A stretch of DNA of 64,000 nucleotides, from contig CAWFQK010000004.1 in NCBI GenBank assembly GCA_963817955.1, positions 160,001 through 224,000 on the forward strand, written 5' to 3'. Below the pieces are notes generated by a model. The model was not told the DNA's origin, did not search any database, and saw nothing but the letters and a program-made list of their open reading frames with translations. Positions 49,979-60,565 of the stretch are shown piece after piece. The DNA is from an uncultured Gemmatimonadaceae bacterium (GTDB taxonomy: Bacteria; Gemmatimonadota; Gemmatimonadetes; Gemmatimonadales; Gemmatimonadaceae). Every line of letters starts with the position of its first letter. Position 1 is the stretch's first letter. The position numbers were made by a program, and so were the translations under genes.

Positions 49979-50900
49979 CACCGAGCCCGAAACGTGAGCG
50001 GGTGGCGAAGCGTGCGACCAGGCTGATGACGAGAACGAGTGCGAGGAGGACGAGTGCGCCGGCCCAGGCCTGCTTGTGCCAGTCTTCATACGGGGAAATG
50101 GCGTAAGTGTAGATCTGCATGGGAAGCGCGGCGATCGGCTGTGTGGGAGACACCGACCAGAAGTTGTTGCCGAACGCAGTGAAGATGAGCGGAGCCGTCT
50201 CCCCGGCAATGCGGGCAACGGCAACGAGCGCGCCCGTGACGATGCCGGGCAGTGCCGTGCGCAGCACGATGCCGAGCGACGTGCGCCAATAGGTGTAGCC
50301 GAGCGCCAGCGCCGCCTCTCGCATGGAAATCGGCACCAGGCGGATCATCTCTTCTGTGGTGCGGGTGACGAGCGGAATCATCATCGCGCCGAGGGCGAGA
50401 CCGCCGGCGAGCGCCGAGAAGTGCTTGAATGGACGTACCAGCATTTCCCAGGCGAAAATGCCGAGCACGATGGACGGCAGACCATTCAGCACGTCGGACA
50501 GAAAGCGCACCGCCGTCGCCAGCTTGGCGTCTCGCTGCTCGGCCAGATACAGACCTGCGCCGACGCCGACCGGCAGCCCGATGGCTGACGCGATCGCCAC
50601 GATGATGCCCGTGCCCACGATGGCGTTGGCCATGCCGCCGCCCGACTCACCGGCGGGCGCCGGCATGCTCGTGAAGAAGGTCCAGTTCACCGATGAGGCG
50701 CCCTGTTTGGCGAGATGCCACAGAATGAGGACCAGCGGCAACGTTGCGACGAGTGCGGCGACGTACGTGAGCGTCACCATCGCATAGCTCGTCACGCGCC
50801 GCCGCCGGAGCGAACGGGCTGTGCTCACCGCGAGTAGTTCGCGGTGCGAGCGGCTCGATGCCGGGCCGCGGGTGGACGCTGGCGGCATCGTGGTCATCAT
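49971..50900 (-). CDS. pstA: Phosphate ABC permease PstA
   Basis: [30 protein letters not shown]. Confidence 0.95.
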   Translation of the reverse strand: MMTTMPPASTRGPASSRSHRELLAVSTARSLRRRRVTSYAMVTLTYVAALVATLPLVLILWHLAKQGASSVNWTFFTSMPAPAGESGGGMANAIVGTGIIVAIASAIGLPVGVGAGLYLAEQRDAKLATAVRFLSDVLNGLPSIVLGIFAWEMLVRPFKHFSALAGGLALGAMMIPLVTRTTEEMIRLVPISMREAALALGYTYWRTSLGIVLRTALPGIVTGALVAVARIAGETAPLIFTAFGNNFWSVSPTQPIAALPMQIYTYAISPYEDWHKQAWAGALVLLALVLVISLVARFATRSRFGLGGD

Positions 50901-51844
50901 GCCGCTTGCTGCCGAGTCATGCGCCAGACGAGCCAGCGGGCGATGGCATTCACGATGAGCGTGATGACGAACAGCCCCGCGCCCACGGCCATCAGCGCCG
51001 ACACGTGGAGATCGTTGGTTGCTTCGCTGAACTCGTTGGCGATGAGCGATGCCATCGTGTAGCCAGGCTGGAAGATCGACGCCGAAATCTCGGCGCGGTT
51101 GCCGACGACCATGGTCACGGCCATCGTCTCGCCGAGCGCGCGGCCCAGGCCGAGGATGATGCCGCCGACGATCCCCGACCGTGCGAAGGGAAGCACTGCG
51201 TCCCAGATCATTTCCCAGCGCGTGGCGCCGAGCGCCAGGGCAGCTTCACGCTGCGACCGAGGCACGGCCAGCAACACCTCGCGGGTGACCGCGGAGATGT
51301 ATGGCAGAATCATGATGGCGAGGATCAATCCGGCGGCGAGTATGCTAGGCCCGTACGCCGGACCGGAAAAGAGCGGCACGTCGCCGAGGTGCAGCGTGTC
51401 TTTCACGAACGGCATGACATGCGCGCGAAGGAGCGGGACCAGCACGAGAATGCCCCACAATCCGTAGACCACGCTGGGAACGGCGGCGAGCAGGTCGACC
51501 AGGAAGGCGACCGGTTGTCGCAACCACCGCGGGGCGAACTCGGAGAGAAAGATCGCGACGCCCACGGCGAGCGGCGTCGCGATGATCAGGGCGATGATCG
51601 ACGACACCACCGTGCCATAGATGACCGGTGCTGCGCCGAACTTGCCGTTCACCGCGTCCCAGTCGCTGGACGTGAAGAATCCGAAGCCGAACTTCCTCAA
51701 CGCCGGCCACGCCGCGGCAAACACTTCCCATGCGATCAGGCACAGCAGGACCGGAATGACCAGTGCAAACCCGGTCGTGATCCATCGATAGGCACGATCG
51801 GCCTGCGAGGTCCCCCCGATCTTGGAGACAACGCCGTCCTTCAC
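50897..51844 (-). CDS. pstC: Phosphate ABC permease PstC
   Basis: LAAVPSVVYGLWG, EAALALGATRWE, GRALGETMAV, IANEFSEA. Confidence 0.95.
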   Translation of the reverse strand: MKDGVVSKIGGTSQADRAYRWITTGFALVIPVLLCLIAWEVFAAAWPALRKFGFGFFTSSDWDAVNGKFGAAPVIYGTVVSSIIALIIATPLAVGVAIFLSEFAPRWLRQPVAFLVDLLAAVPSVVYGLWGILVLVPLLRAHVMPFVKDTLHLGDVPLFSGPAYGPSILAAGLILAIMILPYISAVTREVLLAVPRSQREAALALGATRWEMIWDAVLPFARSGIVGGIILGLGRALGETMAVTMVVGNRAEISASIFQPGYTMASLIANEFSEATNDLHVSALMAVGAGLFVITLIVNAIARWLVWRMTRQQAA

Positions 51845-52917
51845 CGCGCGCCAGCCGGAACGATGGAATCGATGCGCGCCGTGAGCCGCGCCACGAGCGA
51901 CGGCGGCAGAGGCGCGTAGTCGAGAGCCGCGGCGTCTTTCTCCCCGTCGGTCAGCGCCCAGCGCACGAAGTCGGCGAGTTTCTTCGCCTTGGCGGCGTTC
52001 GGCTGATTCTTATATATGAGCAACCAGGTGAACGACGCGATGGGGTAGGTCGTTGCGCCGCCCGCGTTGACGATCGACACGCGGTAATCCGTATTGGCTG
52101 GCAGTCGGGCCACCGCTCCGTCGGCTGCGGCCGTGGCGGCATCGGCGGCGGGGGCGACGAACTTGCCGTCAGCATTCTGTAACAGCGCCGTGGGCAGCGC
52201 GTTCTGCTTGGCATACGCGAGCTCGATGTACCCAATGGCTCCTGGTGTCTGCTTCACCTGTCCAGCCACGCCTTCGTTCCCTTTCCCCCCAAGCCCCACG
52301 GGCCATTGCAGTTCCTTGCCCTTGCCAGGCGCTGTTTTCCATGCGGGACTGACGCTCGAGAGATAGTCGCTGAAGATGTACGTGGTGCCGCTACCATCAG
52401 TGCGGTGCACCACGAGAATGTCTTGGTTGGGGAGCGTCACGCCGGGGTTGATCGCAGCGATACGCGGGTCGTTCCATTTCGTGACCTTACCGAGGAAAAT
52501 GTCGGCAAGCAGAGGCCCGGTGAGCTTTAGCGGTTGCGCCAAGCCGGGCAGGTTGTACGCGAGCGCCACGACGCCGACAACGGTGGGAATGTGCAGCACA
52601 GGTCCGCCCTTTGCCTTCGCCATGTCGCTGTCGCTCATGGGGGCGTCCGAGGCACCGAAATCGACGGTCTGTTCCGATAGTTGTTTGATGCCGCCGCCGG
52701 ACCCGATCGACTGGTAGTTGATCTTCACGCCAGTCTTTGCCGCGTACTCGTTGAACCACTTCGAGTAGATCGGATACGGGAACGTTGCGCCGGCACCGGT
52801 CAGATCGGTTCCGCTCGAGCCCGATGCGCCATGCGTGGTATCACCGGCGGTACGGGAAGAGTCGGAGCGGCAGCCTACGACGGCGACGGCGAGCGCGATG
52901 AGAGGCCAACGTTTCAC
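51841..52917 (-). CDS. pstS: Phosphate-binding protein PstS, lipoprotein form
   Basis: VVG-C lipobox; GAGATFP, GSGGG, DFGASD, RTDGSGTT, GNEGV. Confidence 0.95.
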   Translation of the reverse strand: MKRWPLIALAVAVVGCRSDSSRTAGDTTHGASGSSGTDLTGAGATFPYPIYSKWFNEYAAKTGVKINYQSIGSGGGIKQLSEQTVDFGASDAPMSDSDMAKAKGGPVLHIPTVVGVVALAYNLPGLAQPLKLTGPLLADIFLGKVTKWNDPRIAAINPGVTLPNQDILVVHRTDGSGTTYIFSDYLSSVSPAWKTAPGKGKELQWPVGLGGKGNEGVAGQVKQTPGAIGYIELAYAKQNALPTALLQNADGKFVAPAADAATAAADGAVARLPANTDYRVSIVNAGGATTYPIASFTWLLIYKNQPNAAKAKKLADFVRWALTDGEKDAAALDYAPLPPSLVARLTARIDSIVPAGAR

Positions 52918-52960
52918 GAGTGACTCCGGTCAGGTCGATTGTTGAGGATCGTCGGAGCGT

Positions 52961-53073
52961 GCAACTATCGTGGCAATGTTATGTAACGGACGAGTAACGA
53001 GGGGCTCTGCTGTGGGCGGCCGTGATCGTCCGTGAGCGTCGTGCGCCGGAGATCGCCGTGACGAATCCGTGAC
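52961..53073. promoter_or_regulatory. Putative PHO-box-like direct repeats in the divergent pstS promoter
   Basis: G(C/T)AA(C/T) at 52961, 52973, 52983, 52994; CCGTGA at 53020/53030; CCGTGAC at 53056/53067 (10-12 bp spacing). Confidence 0.45.
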
Positions 53074-53156
53074 CGGACGCTCGCGGCGCCTTTACTCGCG
53101 GGAGGGAAGTTCAACGCACCTTCATACTCCCATAGGAGCTCTCCGTGATCGCACGT

Positions 53157-54185
53157 ATGTCGAAACTCGTCGGCCTGGTGATTGTTGGCGCCGCGGTGGC
53201 TGCCTCGAGCGCCGCAGCACAGGATCTGACCGGCGCCGGCGCGACGTTCCCATATCCGATCTACTCGAAGTGGTTCAACGAGTACGCGGCAAAGACTGGC
53301 GTGAAGATCAACTACCAGTCCATCGGGTCCGGCGGCGGTATTCGCCAGTTCACCGAAGGCACAGTGGACTTCGGCGCTTCCGACGCCCCAATGAGCGACG
53401 AAGAGATGGCCAAGCTCAAGAGTCCCGCACTGCACATCCCGACGGTACTCGGCGCCGTCGTCATCACCTACAATCTGCCTGAAGTGAGCAAGCCGCTCAA
53501 CCTGACAGGGCCGGTGGTAGCTGACATCTACCTGGGCAAAGTCACGAAGTGGAACGACCCGGCCATCGCCGCGACCAACAAGGGTGTCACGCTTCCCAAT
53601 AAGGACATTCTCGTGGTGCACCGCACTGATGGTAGCGGCACCACATACATCTTCAGCGACTATCTCTCGAGCGTCAGTTCCGCCTGGAAGACCGCGCCTG
53701 GCAAGGGCAAGGAGCTCGCCTGGCCAGTGGGACTTGGCGGCAAGGGAAATGAAGGCGTGGCCGGGCAGGTGAAGCAGGTGCCGGGCGCCATCGGGTACGT
53801 CGAACTGGCGTATGCGCGACAGAACAAGCTACCGTACGCTGCACTGAAGAATGCGTCCGGCAACTACGTGCTGCCGACCATCGAGTCCACCACCGAGGCC
53901 GCGGCAGGCATCGCGGCCAAGCTGCCAGCGAACACCGACTTCCGCGTGTCGATCGTGAACGCGCCAGGCAAGGGCGCGTATCCCATCGCATCGTTCACCT
54001 ATCTACTTGTTTACGAAACGCAGCTCAATCCAGCCAAGGGGAAGCAGTTGATCGACTTTATTCGCTGGGCGCTCCACGATGGAGAGAAGGACGCAGCCTC
54101 GCTGGACTATTCGCCACTGCCAAAGAACGTCGTCACGATGCTCGACAAGCGACTCGCCGGCATCCGCAACGTAGCCACGCAATAA
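53157..54185 (+). CDS. pstS: Phosphate-binding protein PstS, Sec-signal form
   Basis: Signal AAA-Q; same PstS motifs. Confidence 0.95.
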   Translation: MSKLVGLVIVGAAVAASSAAAQDLTGAGATFPYPIYSKWFNEYAAKTGVKINYQSIGSGGGIRQFTEGTVDFGASDAPMSDEEMAKLKSPALHIPTVLGAVVITYNLPEVSKPLNLTGPVVADIYLGKVTKWNDPAIAATNKGVTLPNKDILVVHRTDGSGTTYIFSDYLSSVSSAWKTAPGKGKELAWPVGLGGKGNEGVAGQVKQVPGAIGYVELAYARQNKLPYAALKNASGNYVLPTIESTTEAAAGIAAKLPANTDFRVSIVNAPGKGAYPIASFTYLLVYETQLNPAKGKQLIDFIRWALHDGEKDAASLDYSPLPKNVVTMLDKRLAGIRNVATQ

Positions 54186-54206
54186 TCCCCGACTCATTCA
54201 AAAACA

Positions 54207-55451
54207 GTGACCTCACATTTCCTTCGATCATTCGCGACCGCCGCGGCCGTCGCGATTCTCCCCGCCATTGCCGCGGCGCAGCAGGCACCGGCGCCAGCCG
54301 TCGTCACCCCCGCATTCGACTTCTCCGGCGTGATCTTCGGCAGCTTCAGCTACCGCACTGACTCGGCGAGTAAGGCGTCGGTCGCGGGCCAGAACCCCAA
54401 CGCGTTCAACATCGATCGCGCATACCTCATCTTCCGCATGCCCGCCGGCGACAACGGCCAGATTCGGATCACCGCGGACATCTTTCAAAACACGAGTACG
54501 GCAACGAACGGGTTCTATCAGGGGTGGGTGTTCCGCTTGAAGCACGCGTACTTGCAGTACACCGGGTTGAGGAACAGCGTCGGCACCGGCTCGAGTCTCA
54601 CGGGTCGGCTCGGCGTGCTGCACACGGTGGTCATCGACCATGAGGAAGGCTTCTGGCCCCGGTATCTGGGCACGACGGCAATTGAAAAGAACGGATTCTT
54701 CTCATCCGCCGACGCTGGCGTTGCCGGACTCCTCACGCTCGGCAACAAGATGGGCGAGGTGTACGGCACGATCACCAATGGCCCGGGCTACACGTCATAC
54801 GAGAAGGATCGCTTCAAGGATCTGGCGCTCCGTGTGTCGTTGACGCCACTGGCGAGTTCGACGGACATGAACGCAATCGTCAAGACGTTCACGATCTCGC
54901 CCTGGGTCTATAAGGGATGGGTCGGCAGCAGCTTCGCGGGGGGCGGGACAGGGCAGGTGGGTCCCGGGACGAACGGCGGAGTGACAGACGGAATGAAGCG
55001 GGACCGGTATGGCGTCTTTGTAGGTGTCAAGGAACGACGGCTGACGGCGGGAGCCGAATGGGCGCAGCGATCGGACGACAGCGAGAAGGGGTTGAACACC
55101 ACAGCGAGCCCGCGTGTGGTGACGGACTCCACAGGGCGCGTGCTGGACGGCTTCATCGTTGCGCGGCCCGCCGAGCTGTTCGGCGCCTCGGCCAAGTCAC
55201 CTGTGAGCGTGATTGCCCGATGGGACCATTTCACGCCCAATACGAGCCCAGTTGCGGCAACCTACGTTGGTACGACGCCGGCGTATGACTTCTACGTGCT
55301 GGGTCTGTCCTACGACCTCAACCAGAAAATGACGATGGCCCTCGACTGGCAGAACCAGTCGCCGACCAACTTCCCGGACGCAACGGGAACCAACGTCCGC
55401 CCGTCTCCCACGGCGTCGACGCTCTTTCTGCATTTCGTGGCGAATTTCTAA
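54207..55451 (+). CDS. Putative outer-membrane porin linked to pstS
   Basis: Signal peptide, FNIDRAYL, RLKHAYLQY, C-terminal Phe. Confidence 0.7.
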   Translation: MTSHFLRSFATAAAVAILPAIAAAQQAPAPAVVTPAFDFSGVIFGSFSYRTDSASKASVAGQNPNAFNIDRAYLIFRMPAGDNGQIRITADIFQNTSTATNGFYQGWVFRLKHAYLQYTGLRNSVGTGSSLTGRLGVLHTVVIDHEEGFWPRYLGTTAIEKNGFFSSADAGVAGLLTLGNKMGEVYGTITNGPGYTSYEKDRFKDLALRVSLTPLASSTDMNAIVKTFTISPWVYKGWVGSSFAGGGTGQVGPGTNGGVTDGMKRDRYGVFVGVKERRLTAGAEWAQRSDDSEKGLNTTASPRVVTDSTGRVLDGFIVARPAELFGASAKSPVSVIARWDHFTPNTSPVAATYVGTTPAYDFYVLGLSYDLNQKMTMALDWQNQSPTNFPDATGTNVRPSPTASTLFLHFVANF

Positions 55452-55453
55452 GC

Positions 55454-55559
55454 GGGACACGAGACAACGAGACACGGGACGCGGGAAGAAGCACACGGGA
55501 CACGGGAGAAACTTCTCGTGTCCCGTTGTCTCGTGTCCCGTGTCTCATCCCCGTGTCTC
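55454..55559. repeat. Inverted pair of heptamer arrays (long hairpin)
   Basis: GGGACACGAGACAACGAGACACG... followed by ...CGTGTCCCGTTGTCTCGTGTCCC. Confidence 0.8.
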
Positions 55560-55568
55560 ATACCTCCG

Positions 55569-55597
55569 TTGACACGTCGTAAGTCGTTGCCTAACTT
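55569..55597 (+). promoter_or_regulatory. sigma70 promoter of the rplM operon
   Basis: TTGACA-N17-TAACTT. Confidence 0.65.
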
Positions 55598-55689
55598 GCG
55601 AGTCTGTAAAAAAAGCCTTCGGTGGCTGCCGAGACCCGGGTTGCATGACGCACCGGTGAGGCGCTTGACCCACTTCGTTCGATCAAGCA

Positions 55690-56136
55690 ATGAAAACGTT
55701 TTCGGCCACGCCCTCGGATATCGAGCAGCGTTGGTACATCGTGGACGCCGAGGGCATGATCCTCGGACGTCTCGCTACGGAAGTTGCCCGCATCATCCGT
55801 GGCAAGCACAAGCCCATCTTCACGCCGCACATGGATACGGGTGACAACGTCATCGTCATCAATGCGTCGAAGGTGAAGGTTACCGGCCGTAAAGCCGAGC
55901 AGAAGAACTACTTCCATCACACCGGTTACATGGGACATGAGCGTTTCACGCCCTACGGGACGATGATCGCCAAGCACCCTGAACGCGTGATCGAGAAAGC
56001 CGTTTTCGGAATGCTGCCCAAGACCGCTCTTGGACGTCAGGTTCTGCGCGGGAAGCTTCGCGTGTATGCGAACGCCGAGCATCCGCACGTTGCGCAGCAG
56101 CCCACCGCGTTGACCTTCAACAAGAGCGAGAAGTAA
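55690..56136 (+). CDS. rplM: 50S ribosomal protein L13
   Basis: WYIVDA, LGRLA, GKHKP.FTPH.DTGD, GMLP. Confidence 0.98.
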   Translation: MKTFSATPSDIEQRWYIVDAEGMILGRLATEVARIIRGKHKPIFTPHMDTGDNVIVINASKVKVTGRKAEQKNYFHHTGYMGHERFTPYGTMIAKHPERVIEKAVFGMLPKTALGRQVLRGKLRVYANAEHPHVAQQPTALTFNKSEK

Positions 56137-56139
56137 TCC

Positions 56140-56535
56140 ATGTCTGACACGCAGACGATTCACGCGATTGGCCGCCGCAAGGAAGCGGTGTGCCGTGTGT
56201 TCATCAAGGCCGGTTCAGGCAAGTGGGACGTCAACGGTCGTACGCTGGGAGATTACTTCCCGCGCGCGTCGCACGTGACGTCCATTCAGCAGGCATTCGT
56301 GGCGACCGACACGCTCGGGCGCTTCGACGTGAAGGCGAACGTGGACGGCGGCGGATCAACGGGCCAGGCCGGCGCGCTACGTCTCGCGGTGGCACGTGCC
56401 CTCGTGAAGATCGACGAGGCGCATCGCCCCAAGCTTCGTTCGCTCGGCCTCCTCACGCGCGATGCGCGTGCGGTTGAGCGCAAGAAGCCGGGTCGTCCGA
56501 AGGCACGTAAGCGGTTCCAGTTCAGCAAGCGTTAG
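56140..56535 (+). CDS. rpsI: 30S ribosomal protein S9
   Basis: GRRKEAV, GGGSTGQAGA, ERKKPG..KARK.FQFSKR. Confidence 0.98.
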   Translation: MSDTQTIHAIGRRKEAVCRVFIKAGSGKWDVNGRTLGDYFPRASHVTSIQQAFVATDTLGRFDVKANVDGGGSTGQAGALRLAVARALVKIDEAHRPKLRSLGLLTRDARAVERKKPGRPKARKRFQFSKR

Positions 56536-56595
56536 GCATGTCATTCGTGGTTCGTTTCTCGTACCCACGAGAAGCGAACCACGAACGGCCATCTC

Positions 56596-56660
56596 ACAGG
56601 ATCTCCGAGCTTCTGCCCGGTGCCGGGAAACCGGTGGGTAGTGCGAAGACGAGATCCAAC
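56596..56660 (+). promoter_or_regulatory. Possible S2 autoregulatory leader
   Basis: GGATCTC...CTGCCC-GGTG-CCGG-GAAA-CCGG-TGGGTAG...GAGATCC nested stems upstream of rpsB. Confidence 0.4.
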
Positions 56661-56689
56661 GACTCAACCAAAACGAGGTTCGTTCCATC

Positions 56690-57637
56690 ATGTCAGAGCA
56701 GGTACAGTCCACCACGAACACGCCAACCCTCGAGGAACTCCTCGCGGCCGGCGTCCACTTCGGGCATCAAACCCGTCGTTGGAACCCCAAGATGCGCCGC
56801 TTCATTTTCGCCGAGCGGAATGGCATCCACATCATCGACCTGCAGAAGACCCTTCGGCAGATCGAAGTCGCCCAGAAGCTCGCGCGCGACGTGATCCTGC
56901 GCGGCGAGAACGTGCTCTTCGTCTGCACCAAGCCGCAACTCGCGGGCATCGTGCGGGCCGAAGCTGAGCGCGCCGGCGCCCTGTTCATCACCGAGCGCTG
57001 GCTTGGCGGTCTGCTCACCAACTATCAGACGGTGAAGAAGCAGGTCAAGCGCATGAAGGAGCTCGAGTCGGGCACCGAACAGGGTGGCGAATTCGAGAAC
57101 TACACCAAGAAAGAGCAGCTCATGCTCCGCCGCGAGCGCGAGAAGCTCTCGAAGTACTTGCACGGCATTCGCAACATGGGCCGCCTTCCGGGCCTGATGT
57201 TCGTCGTCGATTCGAAGAAGGAACGGATTGGCGTCGCCGAGGGGAACAAGCTGAAGATTCCGATCGTCGCGATCGTCGATACGAATGCGGATCCGGACCT
57301 CATCACCGTGCCGATCGCCGGCAACGACGACGCCATTCGCGCCGTCGAGCTGATCACGAAGGCGATCGCGGACTCCATCGTGGAAGCGCGCCGGGAAGCG
57401 CCGGTCCGTCAGGAAGAGGAAGAGGGCGGGGACTACACCTATAGCTCGGACCGTGGCGCCGAACCGGCCGCGGGCGAAGAGGACAAGAAGCGTCGCCGTC
57501 GGCCACGCCGGCGCCGGGCCAAGCCTGAAGCGATCGCCGCGCGTCTGAAGGGCCCGGGCGAGGGTGGCGAAGCCGGTGAGGCAGGTGAAGCGGGTGAAGC
57601 CCCGGATACGGGCGCTGACGCTGGCGAAGTCGAATAA
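56690..57637 (+). CDS. rpsB: 30S ribosomal protein S2
   Basis: AGVHFGHQTRRWNPKM, RWLGGLLTN, VDTNADPD, GNDDAIR. Confidence 0.98.
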   Translation: MSEQVQSTTNTPTLEELLAAGVHFGHQTRRWNPKMRRFIFAERNGIHIIDLQKTLRQIEVAQKLARDVILRGENVLFVCTKPQLAGIVRAEAERAGALFITERWLGGLLTNYQTVKKQVKRMKELESGTEQGGEFENYTKKEQLMLRREREKLSKYLHGIRNMGRLPGLMFVVDSKKERIGVAEGNKLKIPIVAIVDTNADPDLITVPIAGNDDAIRAVELITKAIADSIVEARREAPVRQEEEEGGDYTYSSDRGAEPAAGEEDKKRRRRPRRRRAKPEAIAARLKGPGEGGEAGEAGEAGEAPDTGADAGEVE

Positions 57638-57647
57638 GCTGGAAAAC

Positions 57648-57699
57648 GACATGGAACTGGGACGCGAGACACGAGAGCCGTGTCCCTGGTCCATGTCCC
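57648..57699. repeat. Degenerate heptamer hairpin between rpsB and tsf
   Basis: GACATGGA..GGGACGCG..GACACGA..CGTGTCCC..TCCATGTC. Confidence 0.6.
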
Positions 57700-57775
57700 A
57701 TTAGACTTCACGCCGCCGGTCATCTTGGCCCGGCGGCGTTTCCACGAAAACGAAAAACCAAAGCCGGACACTGAA

Positions 57776-58372
57776 ATGGCTATTTCCGCAAAAGACGTCG
57801 CGGCGCTACGCGAGCGCACGGGCGCCGGCATGATGGATTGCAAGAAGGCGCTGGACGAGTCTGCCGGCGACGTCGACAAGGCTGTGGAGTTGCTGCGTTC
57901 CAGGGGCGCCGCGAAGGCCGACAAACGGGCCGGCCGGCAAACCAAGGAAGGCATGATCGCGAACTACATTCACCACAACGGCAAGATCGCCGTGCTGGTG
58001 GAGTTGAATTGCGAGACCGATTTCGTGGCGCGCACCGACGACTTCCAGCAGGTTGGCAAGTGGATCGCCGAGCACATCGCCGCGGCGTCTCCGATCGCGA
58101 TCGACAAAGATCAGGTGCCACAGGACAAGATCGATTCCGAGCGCCGTATCTTCGTCGAGCAAGTGAAGGCGGAAGGCAAGCCGGATCACATGATCGAGAA
58201 GATCGTCGAGGGTAAGATTCAGGCGTACTACAAGGACGTCGCGCTGATGCACCAAGCGTGGGTCCGCGAGCCAAAGAAGACCATTGGCGATCTCGTGAAG
58301 GAACTCTCGGCGAAGACGGGCGAGGCCGTGCAGGTGCGTCGCTTTGTTCGCTACCAACTCGGCGAGGCATAA
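57776..58372 (+). CDS. tsf: Elongation factor Ts (short form)
   Basis: [35 protein letters not shown]. Confidence 0.97.
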   Translation: MAISAKDVAALRERTGAGMMDCKKALDESAGDVDKAVELLRSRGAAKADKRAGRQTKEGMIANYIHHNGKIAVLVELNCETDFVARTDDFQQVGKWIAEHIAAASPIAIDKDQVPQDKIDSERRIFVEQVKAEGKPDHMIEKIVEGKIQAYYKDVALMHQAWVREPKKTIGDLVKELSAKTGEAVQVRRFVRYQLGEA

Positions 58373-58386
58373 TCGAGGCGTCCAAG

Positions 58387-59100
58387 GTGGCCGATCTCAA
58401 ATATCCGCGAGTTCTGTTGAAGCTCTCCGGCGAGGCGCTCGCCGGAGACAAGGGATTCGGATACGATTTCGATTCCGTTGGGCGCTTTGCCGACGAAATC
58501 GTTGCGGTGAAGGCGACTGGTGCTTCCGTCGGTGTCGTGATCGGCGGCGGCAACATCGTCCGCGGTTCTCTCCTGGCAAAGACGGGAATGGACCGGGTTG
58601 CCGCAGACTACATGGGCATGCTTGGCACGGTGATCAACGCCCTGGCCGTGCAGGACGTGCTCGAGCGCAAAGGCGTCGATACGCGCGTCATGACGGCCAT
58701 CCGCATGGAAGAGCTGGCGGAGCCGTACATCCGGCGTCGCGCGATTCGCCATCTGGAAAAGGGACGCACCGTCATTTTTGCCGCCGGCACGGGGAATCCC
58801 TATTTTTCCACGGATACCGCGGCGGTGTTGCGCGCCATTCAGATCAAGGCGAACATCATCATCAAGGCGACGAGCGTCGATGGTGTGTACTCGGCCGATC
58901 CGAAACGCGATCCGAATGCCACGTTGTACGATGAGATCAGCTTCCGCGATGTGATCATGGAAGAGCTCAAGGTGATCGACCATACGGCCATCACCTTGTG
59001 CCGTGAAAACGCGCTCCCGCTGATCGTTCTCAACATCCACCGACCGGGCGCGATTGTCGCGGTGATCCGCGGCGAACGCGTCGGCACCCTGGTTCGATGA
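58387..59100 (+). CDS. pyrH: UMP kinase
   Basis: [31 protein letters not shown]. Confidence 0.97.
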   Translation: MADLKYPRVLLKLSGEALAGDKGFGYDFDSVGRFADEIVAVKATGASVGVVIGGGNIVRGSLLAKTGMDRVAADYMGMLGTVINALAVQDVLERKGVDTRVMTAIRMEELAEPYIRRRAIRHLEKGRTVIFAAGTGNPYFSTDTAAVLRAIQIKANIIIKATSVDGVYSADPKRDPNATLYDEISFRDVIMEELKVIDHTAITLCRENALPLIVLNIHRPGAIVAVIRGERVGTLVR

Positions 59101-59651
59101 GCACCATTCAAGACATTCTGAAGGACGCGCGTGCGGTGATGGAGAAGGACATCGCCCACGTGAAGCACGAGTTCAGCTCCGTTCGTTCCGGCAAGGCGAC
59201 GCCGAGCATGCTCGACACCGTGCGTGTCGAGGTATACGGGCAGACGATGCAGCTCAATCAGGTAGCGACGATCAACGCGCCCGAACCACGCGTGCTGCAC
59301 GTCACGCCATTCGACAAGAGCCAGATCAAGATCGTGGAGAAGGCAATCCGCGAATCCGGTCTGGGTCTCGAGCCGTCGGCACAGGGGGGTATGATTCGCG
59401 TCCCGCTGCCGTCAATGAACGAGCAACGGCGTAAGGAACTGGTCAAGCTCGTGCACAAGTACGCCGAGGACGGTCGCGTCGCCGTACGGCATGTGCGCAC
59501 GCACAACCGCGAAGTACTGAAGAAGCTGAACGGCGTCTCCGAAGACGACGTGAAGCACGCCGAGAAAGACCTGCAGAAGTTGCACGATGACTTCATTCAC
59601 AAGATCGACGATTTGATCAAGGCGAAAGAAGCCGAGATCATGGAAGTGTGA
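59097..59651 (+). CDS. frr: Ribosome recycling factor
   Basis: [21 protein letters not shown]. Confidence 0.96.
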   Translation: MSTIQDILKDARAVMEKDIAHVKHEFSSVRSGKATPSMLDTVRVEVYGQTMQLNQVATINAPEPRVLHVTPFDKSQIKIVEKAIRESGLGLEPSAQGGMIRVPLPSMNEQRRKELVKLVHKYAEDGRVAVRHVRTHNREVLKKLNGVSEDDVKHAEKDLQKLHDDFIHKIDDLIKAKEAEIMEV

Positions 59652-60565
59652 GCCCCGAGCTCACGCGTCGCATCGCGTTCGGAGTGATTGCTGCTCCCAT
59701 CGCGATCGTCATCCTGGTCTATGGAGGAGCGCCCCTCGCGGCGCTCCTCGCCGTTACGTCCGCACTCGGCGCTTGGGAGTTCTTCCGTATCGCCCGGGCA
59801 GACGGACTGACGCCGCTCGATTTCGGCGGCGCGGCTCTGGCGGGACTCATTCCGTTGCTCGTGCATGCGCGCTATCTGCGGATATACAACCCTGACGGTG
59901 CCATTGGGCCCGTCTCGCTCGCCGCGCTCGTGCTGCTGCTTCTGCTGGCGCTCTCGATCCGGACGCGAGGCGTCGCGGGAAAACCGCTCGGTGCCGTCGC
60001 AGCCACCGCCTTCGGCGCGGCGTATACGGGCGGCATGTTGAGCTTCGCGTATGCGATCCGGTATCACGACTACGCGTTCGCGCCCGCGCCAATCGCGCTT
60101 GGCGGACACGTGTTCACTGTGCCATCGGGCGGGCTGCTGCTGCTCTTGCCGGTGCTGCTCACGTGGGCCTCGGACATTGGCGCGTACGCCGTGGGTCGCG
60201 CAGTCGGACGACACAAGCTGATCCCGGCAGTGAGCCCAGGAAAGACAGTGGAGGGCGCGATCGGCGGATTGCTGGCGAGCATGGTCATCGCCTGGATGTA
60301 CGTGCATTTCGTCCTGCATCCGGCGACGCAACTCGACTTCCGCCTCGCCCCTGGCGGGGTGCTGCTGTTCGGAGCGCTCGTCAGCGTCGCCGCGCAGATC
60401 GGTGACCTGGCGGAATCACTGCTCAAGCGCGAGGCGGGCGTGAAGGACGCCTCGCACATCATACCGGGCCATGGCGGCATTCTCGACCGTTGCGATAGTC
60501 TGCTGTTCGTGCTGCCGATTTCATTCGTTGTGCTCAGCGGCATGTTGACGTGGGCGCCGACGTGA
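59648..60565 (+). CDS. cdsA: Phosphatidate cytidylyltransferase
   Basis: DIGAY, SPGKTVEG, GDLAESLLKR, PGHGGILDR. Confidence 0.95.
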   Translation: MSPELTRRIAFGVIAAPIAIVILVYGGAPLAALLAVTSALGAWEFFRIARADGLTPLDFGGAALAGLIPLLVHARYLRIYNPDGAIGPVSLAALVLLLLLALSIRTRGVAGKPLGAVAATAFGAAYTGGMLSFAYAIRYHDYAFAPAPIALGGHVFTVPSGGLLLLLPVLLTWASDIGAYAVGRAVGRHKLIPAVSPGKTVEGAIGGLLASMVIAWMYVHFVLHPATQLDFRLAPGGVLLFGALVSVAAQIGDLAESLLKREAGVKDASHIIPGHGGILDRCDSLLFVLPISFVVLSGMLTWAPT

